Origin: a virus
Lineage: Duplodnaviria > Caudoviricetes
Strand: one strand, 5' to 3'
Virus record (IMG/VR): IMGVR_UViG_3300033153_007660
Span: 1,071-65,070 of that record
DNA: 64,000 nucleotides
Both the position numbers and the translations under genes were made by a program. Shown piece after piece: positions 37,389 to 48,350 of the stretch. The number at the start of each line of letters is the position of its first letter. Positions within the stretch are counted from its first letter, which is position 1. The notes under the pieces are model-generated. The model was given only the letters and a program-made list of their open reading frames with translations. It searched no databases and was not told where the DNA came from.

Positions 37389-37775
37389 ATGGTAGATACC
37401 ACAGTACAAGACCTCGTAGAAGAGGTAGCAACAAACAGAGAAGAACCAGACGTACAGCAAGAAGTTCTAGATGATTCACAGCCTAAGGTAATCCGACTGG
37501 ATGACGCCAAGGCTGGTTTTGTAGTAGGCATAGCTGAAGACGGAGAATGGATCTGGCAAACATTCGGTAAGGACGCATCACTAGATCGCCTACTCGGCTG
37601 TCTTAAACATGCTGATCGTCAGCTCAGTCTCATCTATGATACCAACACAGGACGTGGAGAGAAGAGACTTCACGAAGTAGGACTAGCGGTCCTCCAAGTA
37701 GGAGAGACACTAGCTAACAAGATGGACCAACTTCTACAAGCAGCTGGCGTCAGGAGAAAAGGGACTGACGTCTAA
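37389..37775 (+). CDS. hypothetical protein
   Basis: GGAG RBS; coupled to the RNR gene. Confidence 0.65.
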   Translation: MVDTTVQDLVEEVATNREEPDVQQEVLDDSQPKVIRLDDAKAGFVVGIAEDGEWIWQTFGKDASLDRLLGCLKHADRQLSLIYDTNTGRGEKRLHEVGLAVLQVGETLANKMDQLLQAAGVRRKGTDV

Positions 37776-40678
37776 TGAGCGAGTTCAAGCTCCAGGAATC
37801 TTTCCTGGAAGAGTTCAAGGGAAAGCAGCCTAGCTGGGGACCGCTTGGGTACATTACATTCAAGCGTACCTATGCTAGGCCTGTCCCTGGAAAAGATCGT
37901 ACCGAAGAGTTTTGGGAGACAATCTCTCGTGTAGTCGAAGGAACCTATGAGGTTCAGAAAGTCTACTGCGAGGGACTTAAGCTCCCATGGAACGGGTTGA
38001 AGGCCCAGTACTCAGCACAGGAGATGTTCCGGCTCATGTGGGAGATGAAGTTTCTCCCACCAGGCCGAGGTCTCTGGATGATGGGGACAGACTTCGTCAA
38101 GAAGAAGGGCTCAGCTGCGTTGAACAACTGTTTTAGTGGTGACACAAAATTCTTTGGTCACGATGCACTAATGACTCTAAGAGATGCTGCTGAAGCAGGT
38201 GAAATCAAAGTTCGTACTTATGATGGCAGGCTGAAGTCTGCTACTGTACAAAGCTTTGGTAAGCAACCTACTCAGGCAATAGTCTTTAAGCCTTGCGGGC
38301 GACGCAGTAACTTTAATCTGGAATATGTAGCTACACCAAATCATAACTGGATCCTCTCAGATGGGTCAAGAACAACGTCACTACAAGTAGGAGACAAAGT
38401 AACGATTACTCCCTATAAGAGTAAACCAGATCCATCCAAGGACGTATTCTATTCTTGGAGTGAAGAATACCAGCATGGTTTTGTACATGGTTTAATATTC
38501 GGCGATGGAACACGACATACCTACTACCCTGACAGACACTTTATTAGACTCTGTGGAGAAAAAAATAAGAAATATACTCGTATCCTTGAAAGAATCACGG
38601 GTTATATCTCTACCACATCACCCCCTAGTTATAATGGAGATCAGGTAGTTACAATAAAATCAGCCAAAAACCTAAAGAGATTACCAGAAGATACCGACAC
38701 TCTAGAATATAGACAAGGGTTTCTAGACGGCTGGATAGCTGCTGATGGTCATACCAAAGAGAATGGAGGGAGTGTAGGACTAGACTCACAAAACCATGAG
38801 GCTATCGACTGGGCCATCGAAAGAGCCCCACTACTAGGCTATTGTGTCACGGGAGACTACTACAGTCCAGTAATGGAAACAAATCTCGGAATAAGATCAG
38901 CTCCTATCAGAAGACTATCTTTATCTCGCAAAGCGATTACATACATAGTGAAGGAAATTCACGAGCTAGAAGAGAAAGAAGTCTTCTGTGTAACAGAGCC
39001 AGATTCATCCAGTTTCACGTTAGAAGGAGGCATGCCTACTGGAAACTGTAGCTTTGTCTCTACTAAGAACATCAACATAGAGTACTCAGAACCGTTCTGT
39101 TTCCTCATGGACATGAGCATGCTCGGAGTAGGAGTAGGTTCAGATACCAAGGGAGCAGGAAAGATAAAGATCAAGGAGCCCAGGTATAGTGATTGTACGA
39201 TGGTTGTGGATGACTCGAGAGAAGGATGGGTCGAGCTCGCTAGAGTCTACATCGATGCTTACTTCGGAAGAGGAAGTATCCCCAAGACAATTGACTATTC
39301 CGGGGTTCGTCCCTACGGAGCCTCTATCAATGGCTTCGGAGGAACAGCCAGTGGCCCTGCGCCACTTGAGCAACTCACCAAAGACATCCCAGATATTCTC
39401 AGCCCTCTCATCGACGACCATATCAGTAGTCAGGCAATCGTAGATCTGTTCAATGCTATAGGGAGATGTGTTGTCTCAGGGAACGTCCGTCGTTCAGCAG
39501 AGATAATGCTGGGAGATCCAGAAGATGAAAACTATCTCGACCTCAAAGATCCCGAGAAGAATCAAGAGTACATCGACAAATGGAGATGGACTAGTAACAA
39601 CAGTGTCTATGCCGAAGTAGGTATGGAGTATGGTGGCCTAGCTAAGAGAACAGCTAAGAACGGTGAGCCTGGATACTTCTGGCTCGACACAGCACGTCGG
39701 TATGGCCGGCTATGTGATCCACCGAACAAGAAGGATCGTTTGGCCGAAGGCTGCAACCCCTGCAGCGAACAGACACTCGAATCCTACGAGCTCTGTTGCC
39801 TAGTCGAAACCTTCCCCGCCAGACACGAAGACCTAGAGAGCTATAAGCGTACACTGAAGTTTGCATATCTCTATGCAAAAACAGTCACCTTACTACCGAC
39901 TCACAACGGCCGTACCAATGCCGTCATGCTGCGCAACAGACGCATCGGGACCTCCCAGTCTGGAATTGCTCAGGCAATCACTCTCAGGGGCATCAGGGAG
40001 CACCTGAGGTGGTGTGACGAAGGGTACCACTTCATCAAAGACCTCGACGAAGACTACTCCGGCTGGCTCTGTGTTCCTAGGTCGATTAAGGTAACAAGCG
40101 TCAAGCCATCAGGAACAGTCAGTATGTTACCAGGAGCAACCCCTGGTATTCACTTCCCTTACGCAGAATACTACTGGAGAACTATCCGCATGGATAGAGG
40201 TTCACAGTTAGTAGAAGCATTGCAGCGATCAGGATATAGAATAGAAGACAGTGACGGTGAAGGGGTCAACACCGTGATTATCTACTTCCCTGTAAAAGAG
40301 GATAATTTTTTCAAGAGTAGAGCAGACCTAACAATTTGGGAGCAACTAGAGTTAGTTGCACAGATGCAGTACTACTGGGCAGACAACCAGGTATCAGTCA
40401 CAGTCACCTTCAAACCAGAAGAAGCAGAACAAATACAGAGAGCTCTTTCGCTCTATGAAACACGACTGAAAGCAGTCAGCTTCCTTCCTCTCGAGGGTCA
40501 CGGATTCAAACATGCTCCCTATCAGCCGATTACAAAAGAGGAGTACGAGCGGGCTATTAAGAAGTTGAAGCCATTGAAGCTAAAGAAGGTAAATGAAACA
40601 GACGGGTTCGAGAGCAAGTATTGCGACTCAGACCGATGTGAGCTAGTACCGCCAGAAGGTAATGCAAAGGTACGATAA
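37775..40678 (+). CDS. nrdJ: class II (B12-dependent, RTPR-type) ribonucleotide reductase with intein
   Basis: RTYAR, PPGRGLW, LNNC, GVGVG, GNVRRSA, NPCSE, VKPSGT, C-terminal CDSDRC. Confidence 0.93.
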   Translation: MSEFKLQESFLEEFKGKQPSWGPLGYITFKRTYARPVPGKDRTEEFWETISRVVEGTYEVQKVYCEGLKLPWNGLKAQYSAQEMFRLMWEMKFLPPGRGLWMMGTDFVKKKGSAALNNCFSGDTKFFGHDALMTLRDAAEAGEIKVRTYDGRLKSATVQSFGKQPTQAIVFKPCGRRSNFNLEYVATPNHNWILSDGSRTTSLQVGDKVTITPYKSKPDPSKDVFYSWSEEYQHGFVHGLIFGDGTRHTYYPDRHFIRLCGEKNKKYTRILERITGYISTTSPPSYNGDQVVTIKSAKNLKRLPEDTDTLEYRQGFLDGWIAADGHTKENGGSVGLDSQNHEAIDWAIERAPLLGYCVTGDYYSPVMETNLGIRSAPIRRLSLSRKAITYIVKEIHELEEKEVFCVTEPDSSSFTLEGGMPTGNCSFVSTKNINIEYSEPFCFLMDMSMLGVGVGSDTKGAGKIKIKEPRYSDCTMVVDDSREGWVELARVYIDAYFGRGSIPKTIDYSGVRPYGASINGFGGTASGPAPLEQLTKDIPDILSPLIDDHISSQAIVDLFNAIGRCVVSGNVRRSAEIMLGDPEDENYLDLKDPEKNQEYIDKWRWTSNNSVYAEVGMEYGGLAKRTAKNGEPGYFWLDTARRYGRLCDPPNKKDRLAEGCNPCSEQTLESYELCCLVETFPARHEDLESYKRTLKFAYLYAKTVTLLPTHNGRTNAVMLRNRRIGTSQSGIAQAITLRGIREHLRWCDEGYHFIKDLDEDYSGWLCVPRSIKVTSVKPSGTVSMLPGATPGIHFPYAEYYWRTIRMDRGSQLVEALQRSGYRIEDSDGEGVNTVIIYFPVKEDNFFKSRADLTIWEQLELVAQMQYYWADNQVSVTVTFKPEEAEQIQRALSLYETRLKAVSFLPLEGHGFKHAPYQPITKEEYERAIKKLKPLKLKKVNETDGFESKYCDSDRCELVPPEGNAKVR
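38129..39046 (+). mobile_element. intein with LAGLIDADG homing endonuclease in RNR
   Basis: LNN|CFSGDT ... MPTGN|CSFV; GLIFGDG and GWIAADG blocks; AT-richer than the flanks. Confidence 0.9.
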
Positions 40679-41018
40679 AGTTCACACCCACGGCACCGTC
40701 TCGTTCCTACTGAACACCTACATCCCCAACATAGAGGAATATAGATTCCTTATCCTAAAAGTAGTCGAGCAATCCGTTCGAGACTATCTTCTTCTGTCGC
40801 GCTCTGATCTGCCTAGTGATATCTATCTATGGAAAACGGCTGCCAGTTTCATCTTCGATAGCGAACATAAAATCATGTGGGGTGATCTCGAAATGTCTTT
40901 AGAGGATCTGTTGGATGTGGTAGATATTGATGTCATCTGGTTTCGCGAGAAAGTAGCCAGAAGATACCAACAGAAACACGGAGAAGATCATGGCACAGAA
41001 GAAGAAAGACAAAGATGA
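40662..41018 (+). CDS. hypothetical protein
   Basis: ORF between RNR and recA. Confidence 0.65.
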   Translation: MQRYDKVHTHGTVSFLLNTYIPNIEEYRFLILKVVEQSVRDYLLLSRSDLPSDIYLWKTAASFIFDSEHKIMWGDLEMSLEDLLDVVDIDVIWFREKVARRYQQKHGEDHGTEEERQR

Positions 41019-42036
41019 GGCAGCTAAACCCGAGAAGATAGATCCTCAGGAAGCAGCCCTAGAACTAGCACTTAGTGTACTAGATAAAGAACTCGGTAAG
41101 GGAATAATTCAGATGGCAGAGGGGCCGGCTCTTAAGGACGTGCTCTATTTTCCTTCAGGATGCCCTTCTCTCAACAAGGCCCTTAGTGGCAGCTACCACA
41201 ATGGCTATGCAAGAGGCCGAGTGATAGAAGTGTTTGGCCCGGAATCCAGCGGGAAGACTACGCTGGCCCTTCATGCAGCAGCAGAAATCCAGAAGCTAGG
41301 TGAACGAGCTGCCTTCGTTGATGTTGAGCACGCACTAGACATCAGCTATGCGAAAGCTCTAGGAATAGATGCAAACAAGCTATTAATTTCTCAGCCAGAT
41401 TGTGGTGAAGACGCTCTCAATGTGGTCCTCCAACTTGCTAAGAGTGGAGCACTGAGCCTCATGGTAGTAGACTCAGTAGCTGCCCTTACCCCTAGGGCAG
41501 AGCTCGAGGGTGATATTGGTGATACACATGTGGGACGTCAAGCAAGGCTTATGTCCCAAGCTATGAGAATGCTTCACGGAGTCTGCTATAAAACAAAAAC
41601 TAGCATCATGTTCATCAATCAGATCCGCATGAAGATCGGCGTCATGTTCGGCAGCCCTGAGACCACCACTGGTGGCAACGCACTCAAGTTCTACTCAAGC
41701 CAACGTCTAGACATCAGGAGAATCGGCGGAGTAAAAGGGAACGACAAAAACGAGATCAGTGGAGAGAAAGAATATGTGGCCAACGCAACCCGGGTCAAGG
41801 TGGTTAAGAACAAGGTGTCTCCTCCATTCAAAGAGACCGAGTTTGAAATCGAGTACGGTAAGGGGATCAACGTAATGAAAGATCTTCTCAAGATTGGAGT
41901 AGCCAAGGACATCATCGAGAAGAGTGGTGCCTGGTACTCTTATGGGACAGACAGGCTAGGTCAGGGAGAGGCAAACACAGTGGAGACTCTCCGTAACACT
42001 CCAGAGTTAGTAAAGAAAATTAAGGCTGCACTATGA
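40990..42036 (+). CDS. recA: recombinase RecA
   Basis: [59 protein letters not shown]. Confidence 0.97.
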   Translation: MAQKKKDKDEAAKPEKIDPQEAALELALSVLDKELGKGIIQMAEGPALKDVLYFPSGCPSLNKALSGSYHNGYARGRVIEVFGPESSGKTTLALHAAAEIQKLGERAAFVDVEHALDISYAKALGIDANKLLISQPDCGEDALNVVLQLAKSGALSLMVVDSVAALTPRAELEGDIGDTHVGRQARLMSQAMRMLHGVCYKTKTSIMFINQIRMKIGVMFGSPETTTGGNALKFYSSQRLDIRRIGGVKGNDKNEISGEKEYVANATRVKVVKNKVSPPFKETEFEIEYGKGINVMKDLLKIGVAKDIIEKSGAWYSYGTDRLGQGEANTVETLRNTPELVKKIKAAL

Positions 42037-42234
42037 AATCATCAAAACAATGGGTAACAGATTGGTTTGGAATTGCGCCGGGGCTCTCCCCTGTTGCTCC
42101 ACCATCAGTTGACATGCTCGTTAACTTTGCGGAGGCTATTCGCAGAGAGTATAGCGGACTACTGTCAGAGGTAGCTGTTAAGCTACGAGAAGATGATGCT
42201 TCGAACAGCTGTGAGAAGTGGGGAGACCTAATTA

Positions 42235-43239
42235 GTGCCATCGACGAAGCCACCAGAGAGTAACTTCTGCCACCTCCATCTGCATACTGAGTACAGTATA
42301 CTAGACGGAGTCAGTAAGGTAGAAGACGTAGCTAAGCAAGCCAAGAAACTTGGGATGAGATACTGTGCCATCACCGACCATGGTGTGCTGCACGGAATCA
42401 TCGAGTTCTACAAGGCCTGCAAGAAGGAGGGCATCAAGCCTATCCTTGGCTGCGAAGCCTATGTCACCGACGATCCAGACTTCCTTACTAAAGAGGAGAT
42501 GACCAGGGACAATCGACACCTGGTCCTCCTAGTACAGAACGAGACAGGGCTCAAGAACCTGATATGGCTGAGCAACAACGCACAGTTCAACAACTTCTAT
42601 TACAAGCCTAGAATCTTTTGGGAGCACCTGAAAGCTAGATCCGAAGGCCTGGTAGCAATGTCCGCCTGCTTAGGAGGAATCCTGGGCAAGGGTGGAGAGT
42701 TCAACGACCAAGGCATCTTCTCTGACCCACTCAAGGGAGCAGAGGTATGGGGCGGCCGGATGATAGAAGCGTTTGGCCAGAACTTTTACATTGAGATCCA
42801 AGACCATGACATCGAGCAACAGCGTTCATTCAACCAGTGGGCTATCAAGCTAGCGAAGAGAATACAGGCTCCACTAGTCATCACCTCTGACTGTCATTAC
42901 CTCACAGAAGAAGACAAGGCAACACATGATCTCATCATGGCACAGCAGATGGGGATGACGTTAGCTGAGCTTAAAGAGATGAATATGCGCGGCAACTATG
43001 AGAGATCAGATCTATCGATGAGGACACCAGATAGTCTATACAGATCAGCAGTCGAGATGGGGGCAGAGGAAGCCTTCGAGAACACTGGAAAGATTGCTGA
43101 TAGTTGTAACGTCGAGCTCAAGCTAGGCAGTTACGAGACACCAGAATTTAAGGTGGAAGACACTAACGACTACGAAGCTTTCCTGCTGTGGCAGAAAGAC
43201 AAGTGTAGTATACTCGATCAACCTGATGAGCCAGCTTAA
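42235..43239 (+). CDS. dnaE: DNA polymerase III alpha, N-terminal PHP part
   Basis: HLHLHTEYSILDG, AITDHG, GIKPILGCE, HLVLL, SACLGG, SDCHY. Confidence 0.9.
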   Translation: MPSTKPPESNFCHLHLHTEYSILDGVSKVEDVAKQAKKLGMRYCAITDHGVLHGIIEFYKACKKEGIKPILGCEAYVTDDPDFLTKEEMTRDNRHLVLLVQNETGLKNLIWLSNNAQFNNFYYKPRIFWEHLKARSEGLVAMSACLGGILGKGGEFNDQGIFSDPLKGAEVWGGRMIEAFGQNFYIEIQDHDIEQQRSFNQWAIKLAKRIQAPLVITSDCHYLTEEDKATHDLIMAQQMGMTLAELKEMNMRGNYERSDLSMRTPDSLYRSAVEMGAEEAFENTGKIADSCNVELKLGSYETPEFKVEDTNDYEAFLLWQKDKCSILDQPDEPA

Positions 43240-46200
43240 CGATTACTTTGCCTACCGATGTGAGAGAGGCCTTTATGACCGAGGCTTCAATGACAATCCT
43301 GAATATACAAGTCGCCTGGAGTTTGAGATGAAGACCATCATCAAGATGGGCTTCGCTGGATACTTCCTCATCGTTCAAGACTTCATCCAATGGGCAAGAG
43401 ACAACGACATCTATGTTGGTCCTGGTCGCGGTAGTGCAGCTGGGAGTCTTGTCTCCTACTGCCTCACCATCACAGACATGGACCCAATCAGGTGGGGGCT
43501 TCTGTTCGAGAGGTTCCTCAATCCATCTCGTATCTCTATGCCTGACATCGATGTGGACTTTGAGAAGGGACCACGCGAGAAGGTAATCCAGTACGTCATA
43601 GAGAAGTACGGGGTCGACAGAGTAGCTCACATTGGTACCTTCAACATGAAGAGAGCCAAGGCCTCTGTCAGAAGCATCGCTAAGATCCTCGGTCATCCCT
43701 ATGCAGTAGGTGATCAGCTAGCCAAGCTCTGTCTTGCTCCTGTCCACGGGAAGGGTGTACCTCTGTCCGATAGCATCAAGAGAGTCCCAGAGCTCAATGC
43801 TTACCGTCGTACAAATTCAACACAAGGGGAGGTCCTTCGATGGGCAGAAAAGGTGGAGGATCATATAAGCAATGTGGGTGTCCACGCCTCCGGTGTGGTA
43901 ATCAGCAATACGGACATGACGAGCAGCGTCCCCCTGTTTCTCGGAAAAGGCGGAGAAAGAACGACCCAATGGGAGATGAACAACATCGAGGAAGTGGGTC
44001 TGATCAAGTTCGACTTTCTGGGGCTGGATGCTCTGACGAAGATTCATGATTGCGTAGATCTAGTTCGCGAACAGCATGATGTGAGAATATGCATCAGAGA
44101 CATAGACATCAAAGATGACGAGGTCTATGAGAAGCTGCGTAGCGGAGACCAGGTAGGCATCTTCCAGCTGGAAGCTAGCGGAGGTATGCAGGACCTATTG
44201 GTACAGATTCGCCCAACATGCCTTGATGATCTCACGGCTCTAGTGGCAATCTACCGGCCAGGTCCGATGACCTCAGCCTACAAGGATACATACTTAGAGG
44301 TACGCGCAGGCAATCGGCTAGCAGAGTATCTGGTTCCAGAACTCGAATCTATCCTTTCCCCAACCAATGGCTGGCTAATCTACCAAGAACAATGTTGTCC
44401 CGAAGGCTCCCCCATCTGGACTGACAAAGGTCCCGTCTCGATAGAAGACATTAAAACAGGGGACAAGGTACAGGTATGTGGATATTATGACGAAGTAACT
44501 GACACAGCCTATACTGGAATGAAAGAATGTTTAGAGATAGAAACTTCTGCTGGAGTCTTCTCGTGTACACCAGACCATAAGGTGCTAGCCTATAATCCTC
44601 TAACTAATTCAGATGAATTCATAGAGGCTTCTTCCCTAAAAGAATCACAGCTTATTCGCAAGGTGAGTATAAACCATATGTGCAATACTTCCCTTGCATT
44701 TGAGGCGGACCAGACAGACCTGATAGGAGAATCTTACCGAGTAGGAGTTCTTCTCGGAGATGGGTGTGTCACCAAAAGCTGTACAATAGCTACAGGGACA
44801 CAAGAATTTGCTGATTATCTAGCTAAGGTTTTCAAACCATGGGGAGAAGTAGTAAAATATTTTCACGAAAGATGCTGGTATATAAGTGTTAAAAGAAAGG
44901 GAGGAAGGGGACCATCAGTTAAAAAAGGAGAATTCCGGTCCCCAGTAATGGAGAAACTAAACGAGTATAGATTGTTAGGAAAAACAGCACAAGAGAAACG
45001 AATTCCTTCTTTTGTAAGACAAAGTAAATCGTTACTGGCGGCTTGTATACGAGGATTGATAGATACTGATGGCTCTGTTCTCCCAGGAAAACCATGGCAT
45101 ATAACCAGCACTTCTCCCCAATTAATCAATGATATTAGTTGGGCCATGAACCAACTAGGGATCAGTCATGTTACTCGAACTAATCGTATATACTTCAGTA
45201 ACCTTGAACAACTCCGTTGGACAGAATATGGTTTCAAGAGTTTACCTTATGAGGGCAGAGAAGATGAATCACAAGTCTATCCGCGCAAACGTATCAACTC
45301 TTTTATAGACCGAAGAAGAAAACAAACAGAGTCAATTAAAGATGCTTGTTTCAGGCAAAACTACAGTTATGACAAATATAACAGCAAGCTTCCCTGGATC
45401 AGGAAAAGCTCTATCCCTAGTCTGATACTGACACAGTTACAAATAGAAGAATCTCCATTTTATACCTATGTAAAAAATATCCAGCACGCTGGAACAAGAA
45501 GAGTATATGACATTACTACCAAGCATTCACACCAGTTCAATGTGTCAGGACATATAGTTCACAACTGCATGCACATCGCTAAGAACCTCTGTGGATACAC
45601 AGGAGCTGAAGCTGATGATCTGCGCAAGGCTATTGGAAAGAAGATCCCAGAGAAGATGGCCAAGCATGAGCCTAAGTTCAAAGAGGGCTGGGTCAAGAAT
45701 GGTCTTCCCAAAGCAGAGGGCAACACTCTATGGGAGGACATGGTTAGCTTCGCCAGCTATGGTTTCAATAAATCACACGCTGCTGCCTATGCCATGATCA
45801 CCTACCAGACTGCCTGGCTAAAGACATACTACCCAACAGAGTACATGTGCGCAGCTATGATCTCTGATGCAGGTGACAAAGATCAGATGATCAAGTACCT
45901 GGCCGAGTGCAAGAGACTAGGCATCAAGGTCCTCCCACCTGACATCAATAACAGCAGGGCCACGTTCCACGTTGACGGGCCAGAGCTAGTCAGGTTCGGG
46001 CTAGGTCCTATCAAGAACCTGGGGGCTGGCTCCCTTGATATCATCAAGGAGAGGACAGAGGGTGGCCTCTTCACAGACATCCGTAACTTCTGTGAGAGAG
46101 TAGACACCAGTGCTGTCAACAGCAAGAAGGTAGACTCCCTCATCAAGGCTGGAGCCTTTGACAGCTTCGGTGTGACTCGTGCAGCTCTGCTTGCTTCCAT

Positions 46201-47035
46201 CCCTCTCATCTGGGAGCACAAGAAGCAACAGAAGGCCTACTCGAGTAAGCTGAACACATATGCAAAGAAGCTGGCAGCATGTGAGCAACGAGAGAAAGAC
46301 ATTGAAGATGGGAAGCTCTCTGAGAAAGGGAAGAAGCTCCGTACTCTCAAGCCTCCTGTGAGACCAGTCCCACCAGCATGGCCAGAGCTATCCGAGCTCG
46401 ACGAGTCTCCCAAAGAAATCATTCAAGCGGATGAGCATGACCTCCTCGGCTTCTACGTCTCGTCCCACCCGTTGGATGGAGTGATGACAGGAGCGTTTGG
46501 CCAGAAGTTCAATGCTATTGAAGACGTCAAGCAAATGAACACTGGGACGAAAGTTTCGTTAGCGGTGGTTATTACCAAGCACAGTGAGATTACAACAGCA
46601 AAGAAGAAGAAACAAATGTCGTTCCCTACGCTAGAAGATATGACAGGGAGCATCGATTCCATTTGTTTCCCCAATGTTTATGATAAGTGTGGTCACCTAC
46701 TAGATGACCCAAGACCAATGGAGATCAATGGGAGAGTAGATGTAACAGAGGCAGATGACGGTAGAATCACTAAGATAATGATCAGCAGAATAGTTCCGCT
46801 GAAAGCAGAGATCACCAGAGATATACCAGAGAGGATAGAGACAACAGTCAAGGCAACAAGAGTCAAAGACTTCTTGGCCCTGATAGAAAAGTACAAAGGA
46901 ACTCTGCACGAGGTGCGAGTAGCATTCCAGACAGAGAGTGGGATGCAAGCAAGATGCCCAGTTGTAGTGAAGATAGGAAACTACAAGGGAGCATTTATGC
47001 GAGAGCTAGCAAAGTTGGACAATGAACACGAATAA
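43226..47035 (+). CDS. dnaE: DNA polymerase III alpha, catalytic part with intein
   Basis: GPGRGSAAGS, FERFLNPSR, MPDIDVDF, KFDFLGL, YQEQ, YGFNKSHA, C-terminal OB fold. Confidence 0.95.
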   Translation: MSQLNDYFAYRCERGLYDRGFNDNPEYTSRLEFEMKTIIKMGFAGYFLIVQDFIQWARDNDIYVGPGRGSAAGSLVSYCLTITDMDPIRWGLLFERFLNPSRISMPDIDVDFEKGPREKVIQYVIEKYGVDRVAHIGTFNMKRAKASVRSIAKILGHPYAVGDQLAKLCLAPVHGKGVPLSDSIKRVPELNAYRRTNSTQGEVLRWAEKVEDHISNVGVHASGVVISNTDMTSSVPLFLGKGGERTTQWEMNNIEEVGLIKFDFLGLDALTKIHDCVDLVREQHDVRICIRDIDIKDDEVYEKLRSGDQVGIFQLEASGGMQDLLVQIRPTCLDDLTALVAIYRPGPMTSAYKDTYLEVRAGNRLAEYLVPELESILSPTNGWLIYQEQCCPEGSPIWTDKGPVSIEDIKTGDKVQVCGYYDEVTDTAYTGMKECLEIETSAGVFSCTPDHKVLAYNPLTNSDEFIEASSLKESQLIRKVSINHMCNTSLAFEADQTDLIGESYRVGVLLGDGCVTKSCTIATGTQEFADYLAKVFKPWGEVVKYFHERCWYISVKRKGGRGPSVKKGEFRSPVMEKLNEYRLLGKTAQEKRIPSFVRQSKSLLAACIRGLIDTDGSVLPGKPWHITSTSPQLINDISWAMNQLGISHVTRTNRIYFSNLEQLRWTEYGFKSLPYEGREDESQVYPRKRINSFIDRRRKQTESIKDACFRQNYSYDKYNSKLPWIRKSSIPSLILTQLQIEESPFYTYVKNIQHAGTRRVYDITTKHSHQFNVSGHIVHNCMHIAKNLCGYTGAEADDLRKAIGKKIPEKMAKHEPKFKEGWVKNGLPKAEGNTLWEDMVSFASYGFNKSHAAAYAMITYQTAWLKTYYPTEYMCAAMISDAGDKDQMIKYLAECKRLGIKVLPPDINNSRATFHVDGPELVRFGLGPIKNLGAGSLDIIKERTEGGLFTDIRNFCERVDTSAVNSKKVDSLIKAGAFDSFGVTRAALLASIPLIWEHKKQQKAYSSKLNTYAKKLAACEQREKDIEDGKLSEKGKKLRTLKPPVRPVPPAWPELSELDESPKEIIQADEHDLLGFYVSSHPLDGVMTGAFGQKFNAIEDVKQMNTGTKVSLAVVITKHSEITTAKKKKQMSFPTLEDMTGSIDSICFPNVYDKCGHLLDDPRPMEINGRVDVTEADDGRITKIMISRIVPLKAEITRDIPERIETTVKATRVKDFLALIEKYKGTLHEVRVAFQTESGMQARCPVVVKIGNYKGAFMRELAKLDNEHE
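44393..45565 (+). mobile_element. intein with LAGLIDADG homing endonuclease in DnaE
   Basis: YQEQ|CCPEG ... TPDH ... HIVHN|CMHIA; GVLLGDG and RGLIDTDG. Confidence 0.92.
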
Positions 47036-47180
47036 CATGCTCGTCCCAATGGGAATCGGTATAGCAATAGGTGGTGGACTGCTGTGGGTACTAGTAGAAC
47101 TATGGCCTCTACTGCTAATTGGTGGTGGACTTCTCCTCGCATTCAAACAGATGATAAACCAGAACACCTAGGAGCCTCCA

Positions 47181-48350
47181 ATGATTTGGAATGATGAACA
47201 GCTGGACTTTTTGAGACAGCACCTAACATTCAATACCAAAGAAATCTATATGCTGTACGAGGAGGAGTATGGATCTGGTCACCGTAGCTACGACTCTGTG
47301 CAGAAGAAGATCAAGGTACTGCGGGACGCCTTTGATCCAGAAGAGATTGAGCACGATGATGACGATGAAGTCAACTCTCGCCTAGCCGCCTTGCTAGGAG
47401 AAGAGAGTCATCTCTATATCCCAGCAGTTACTTCCAAGATGAAGTCGCTCCTCACTATGAGGACCAAGGCCTGGCTCGAGGGAATGATTGAGACCTCAAA
47501 GAAGCTAGACTTCCCTCCTGCAAGAGCTCCAGTAGAAGGCAAGGACAGTACCCTGTGCATACTATTATCTGACCTCCACTTTGGACAACAGACTAAGTGG
47601 TATAACCTAGAGAAGGCAAGAGAGCGCCTACTCTCTATGGCTCCTGAAATCCACCAAAGAATGAGGGGCCACAAGATCGATGAGATCGCTCTAGCGATAG
47701 TAGGAGACACAGTAGAGGGAGAGGACATCTATCCTACTCAGGCTTCCCATGTACTATGTTCTACTATCGACCAGGTGATGGCATGTGCTGAAGCTCTGTG
47801 GGAACTACTGGTCCTTCTCCGTAAGCTATTCAAGGTCCCGGTGAGGGTGATCTGCGTCCCAGGTAATCATGGTCGCGCAGGGAAGACAGTATCAGAGAAG
47901 ACCAACTGGGACAATGTTGTCTACCACAGCATCCGCTTGTTGATGAGGCATTACAAGGACTCTGACCTGTCCCTAGAATGTGACTTCAATCCGTTCAGGA
48001 CCTTTACGGTCAAGGACAAGAAAGGCCTTGCCTATCATGAGGGCGTGAAGCACTCAGGGACACCAGCAATGCAAGTAAAGATTGCAGGCTGGATGTTCAA
48101 CTGGGAGTGTGACTTCATGGTTCATGGGCACTTCCATGAATGGAAGGTGGGCGACTGGAACGGGAAGATCATAGTGTCCAACGGATCCCTAGTGGGTCCC
48201 AATGACCTGTCCGACAGGTTAGCTAAGGATACTCCAGCTAGGCAAGCCTACTGGTTGGTCACTCCCGGTGAACCTCTACACAGCTTCGGCTTCGTAGAAT
48301 GGAAAGAAGAAGATGAAGTACCACATAACGAAGAAGAGCACAAACAGTAA
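47181..48350 (+). CDS. metallophosphoesterase with N-terminal HTH-like domain
   Basis: SDLHFG, GDTVEG, PGNHGR, HGHFH. Confidence 0.85.
   Translation: MIWNDEQLDFLRQHLTFNTKEIYMLYEEEYGSGHRSYDSVQKKIKVLRDAFDPEEIEHDDDDEVNSRLAALLGEESHLYIPAVTSKMKSLLTMRTKAWLEGMIETSKKLDFPPARAPVEGKDSTLCILLSDLHFGQQTKWYNLEKARERLLSMAPEIHQRMRGHKIDEIALAIVGDTVEGEDIYPTQASHVLCSTIDQVMACAEALWELLVLLRKLFKVPVRVICVPGNHGRAGKTVSEKTNWDNVVYHSIRLLMRHYKDSDLSLECDFNPFRTFTVKDKKGLAYHEGVKHSGTPAMQVKIAGWMFNWECDFMVHGHFHEWKVGDWNGKIIVSNGSLVGPNDLSDRLAKDTPARQAYWLVTPGEPLHSFGFVEWKEEDEVPHNEEEHKQ

Noticed and set aside
43190-43240. Split intein at the DnaE break
   Set aside because: There are no intein N- or C-terminal motifs on either side of the junction.
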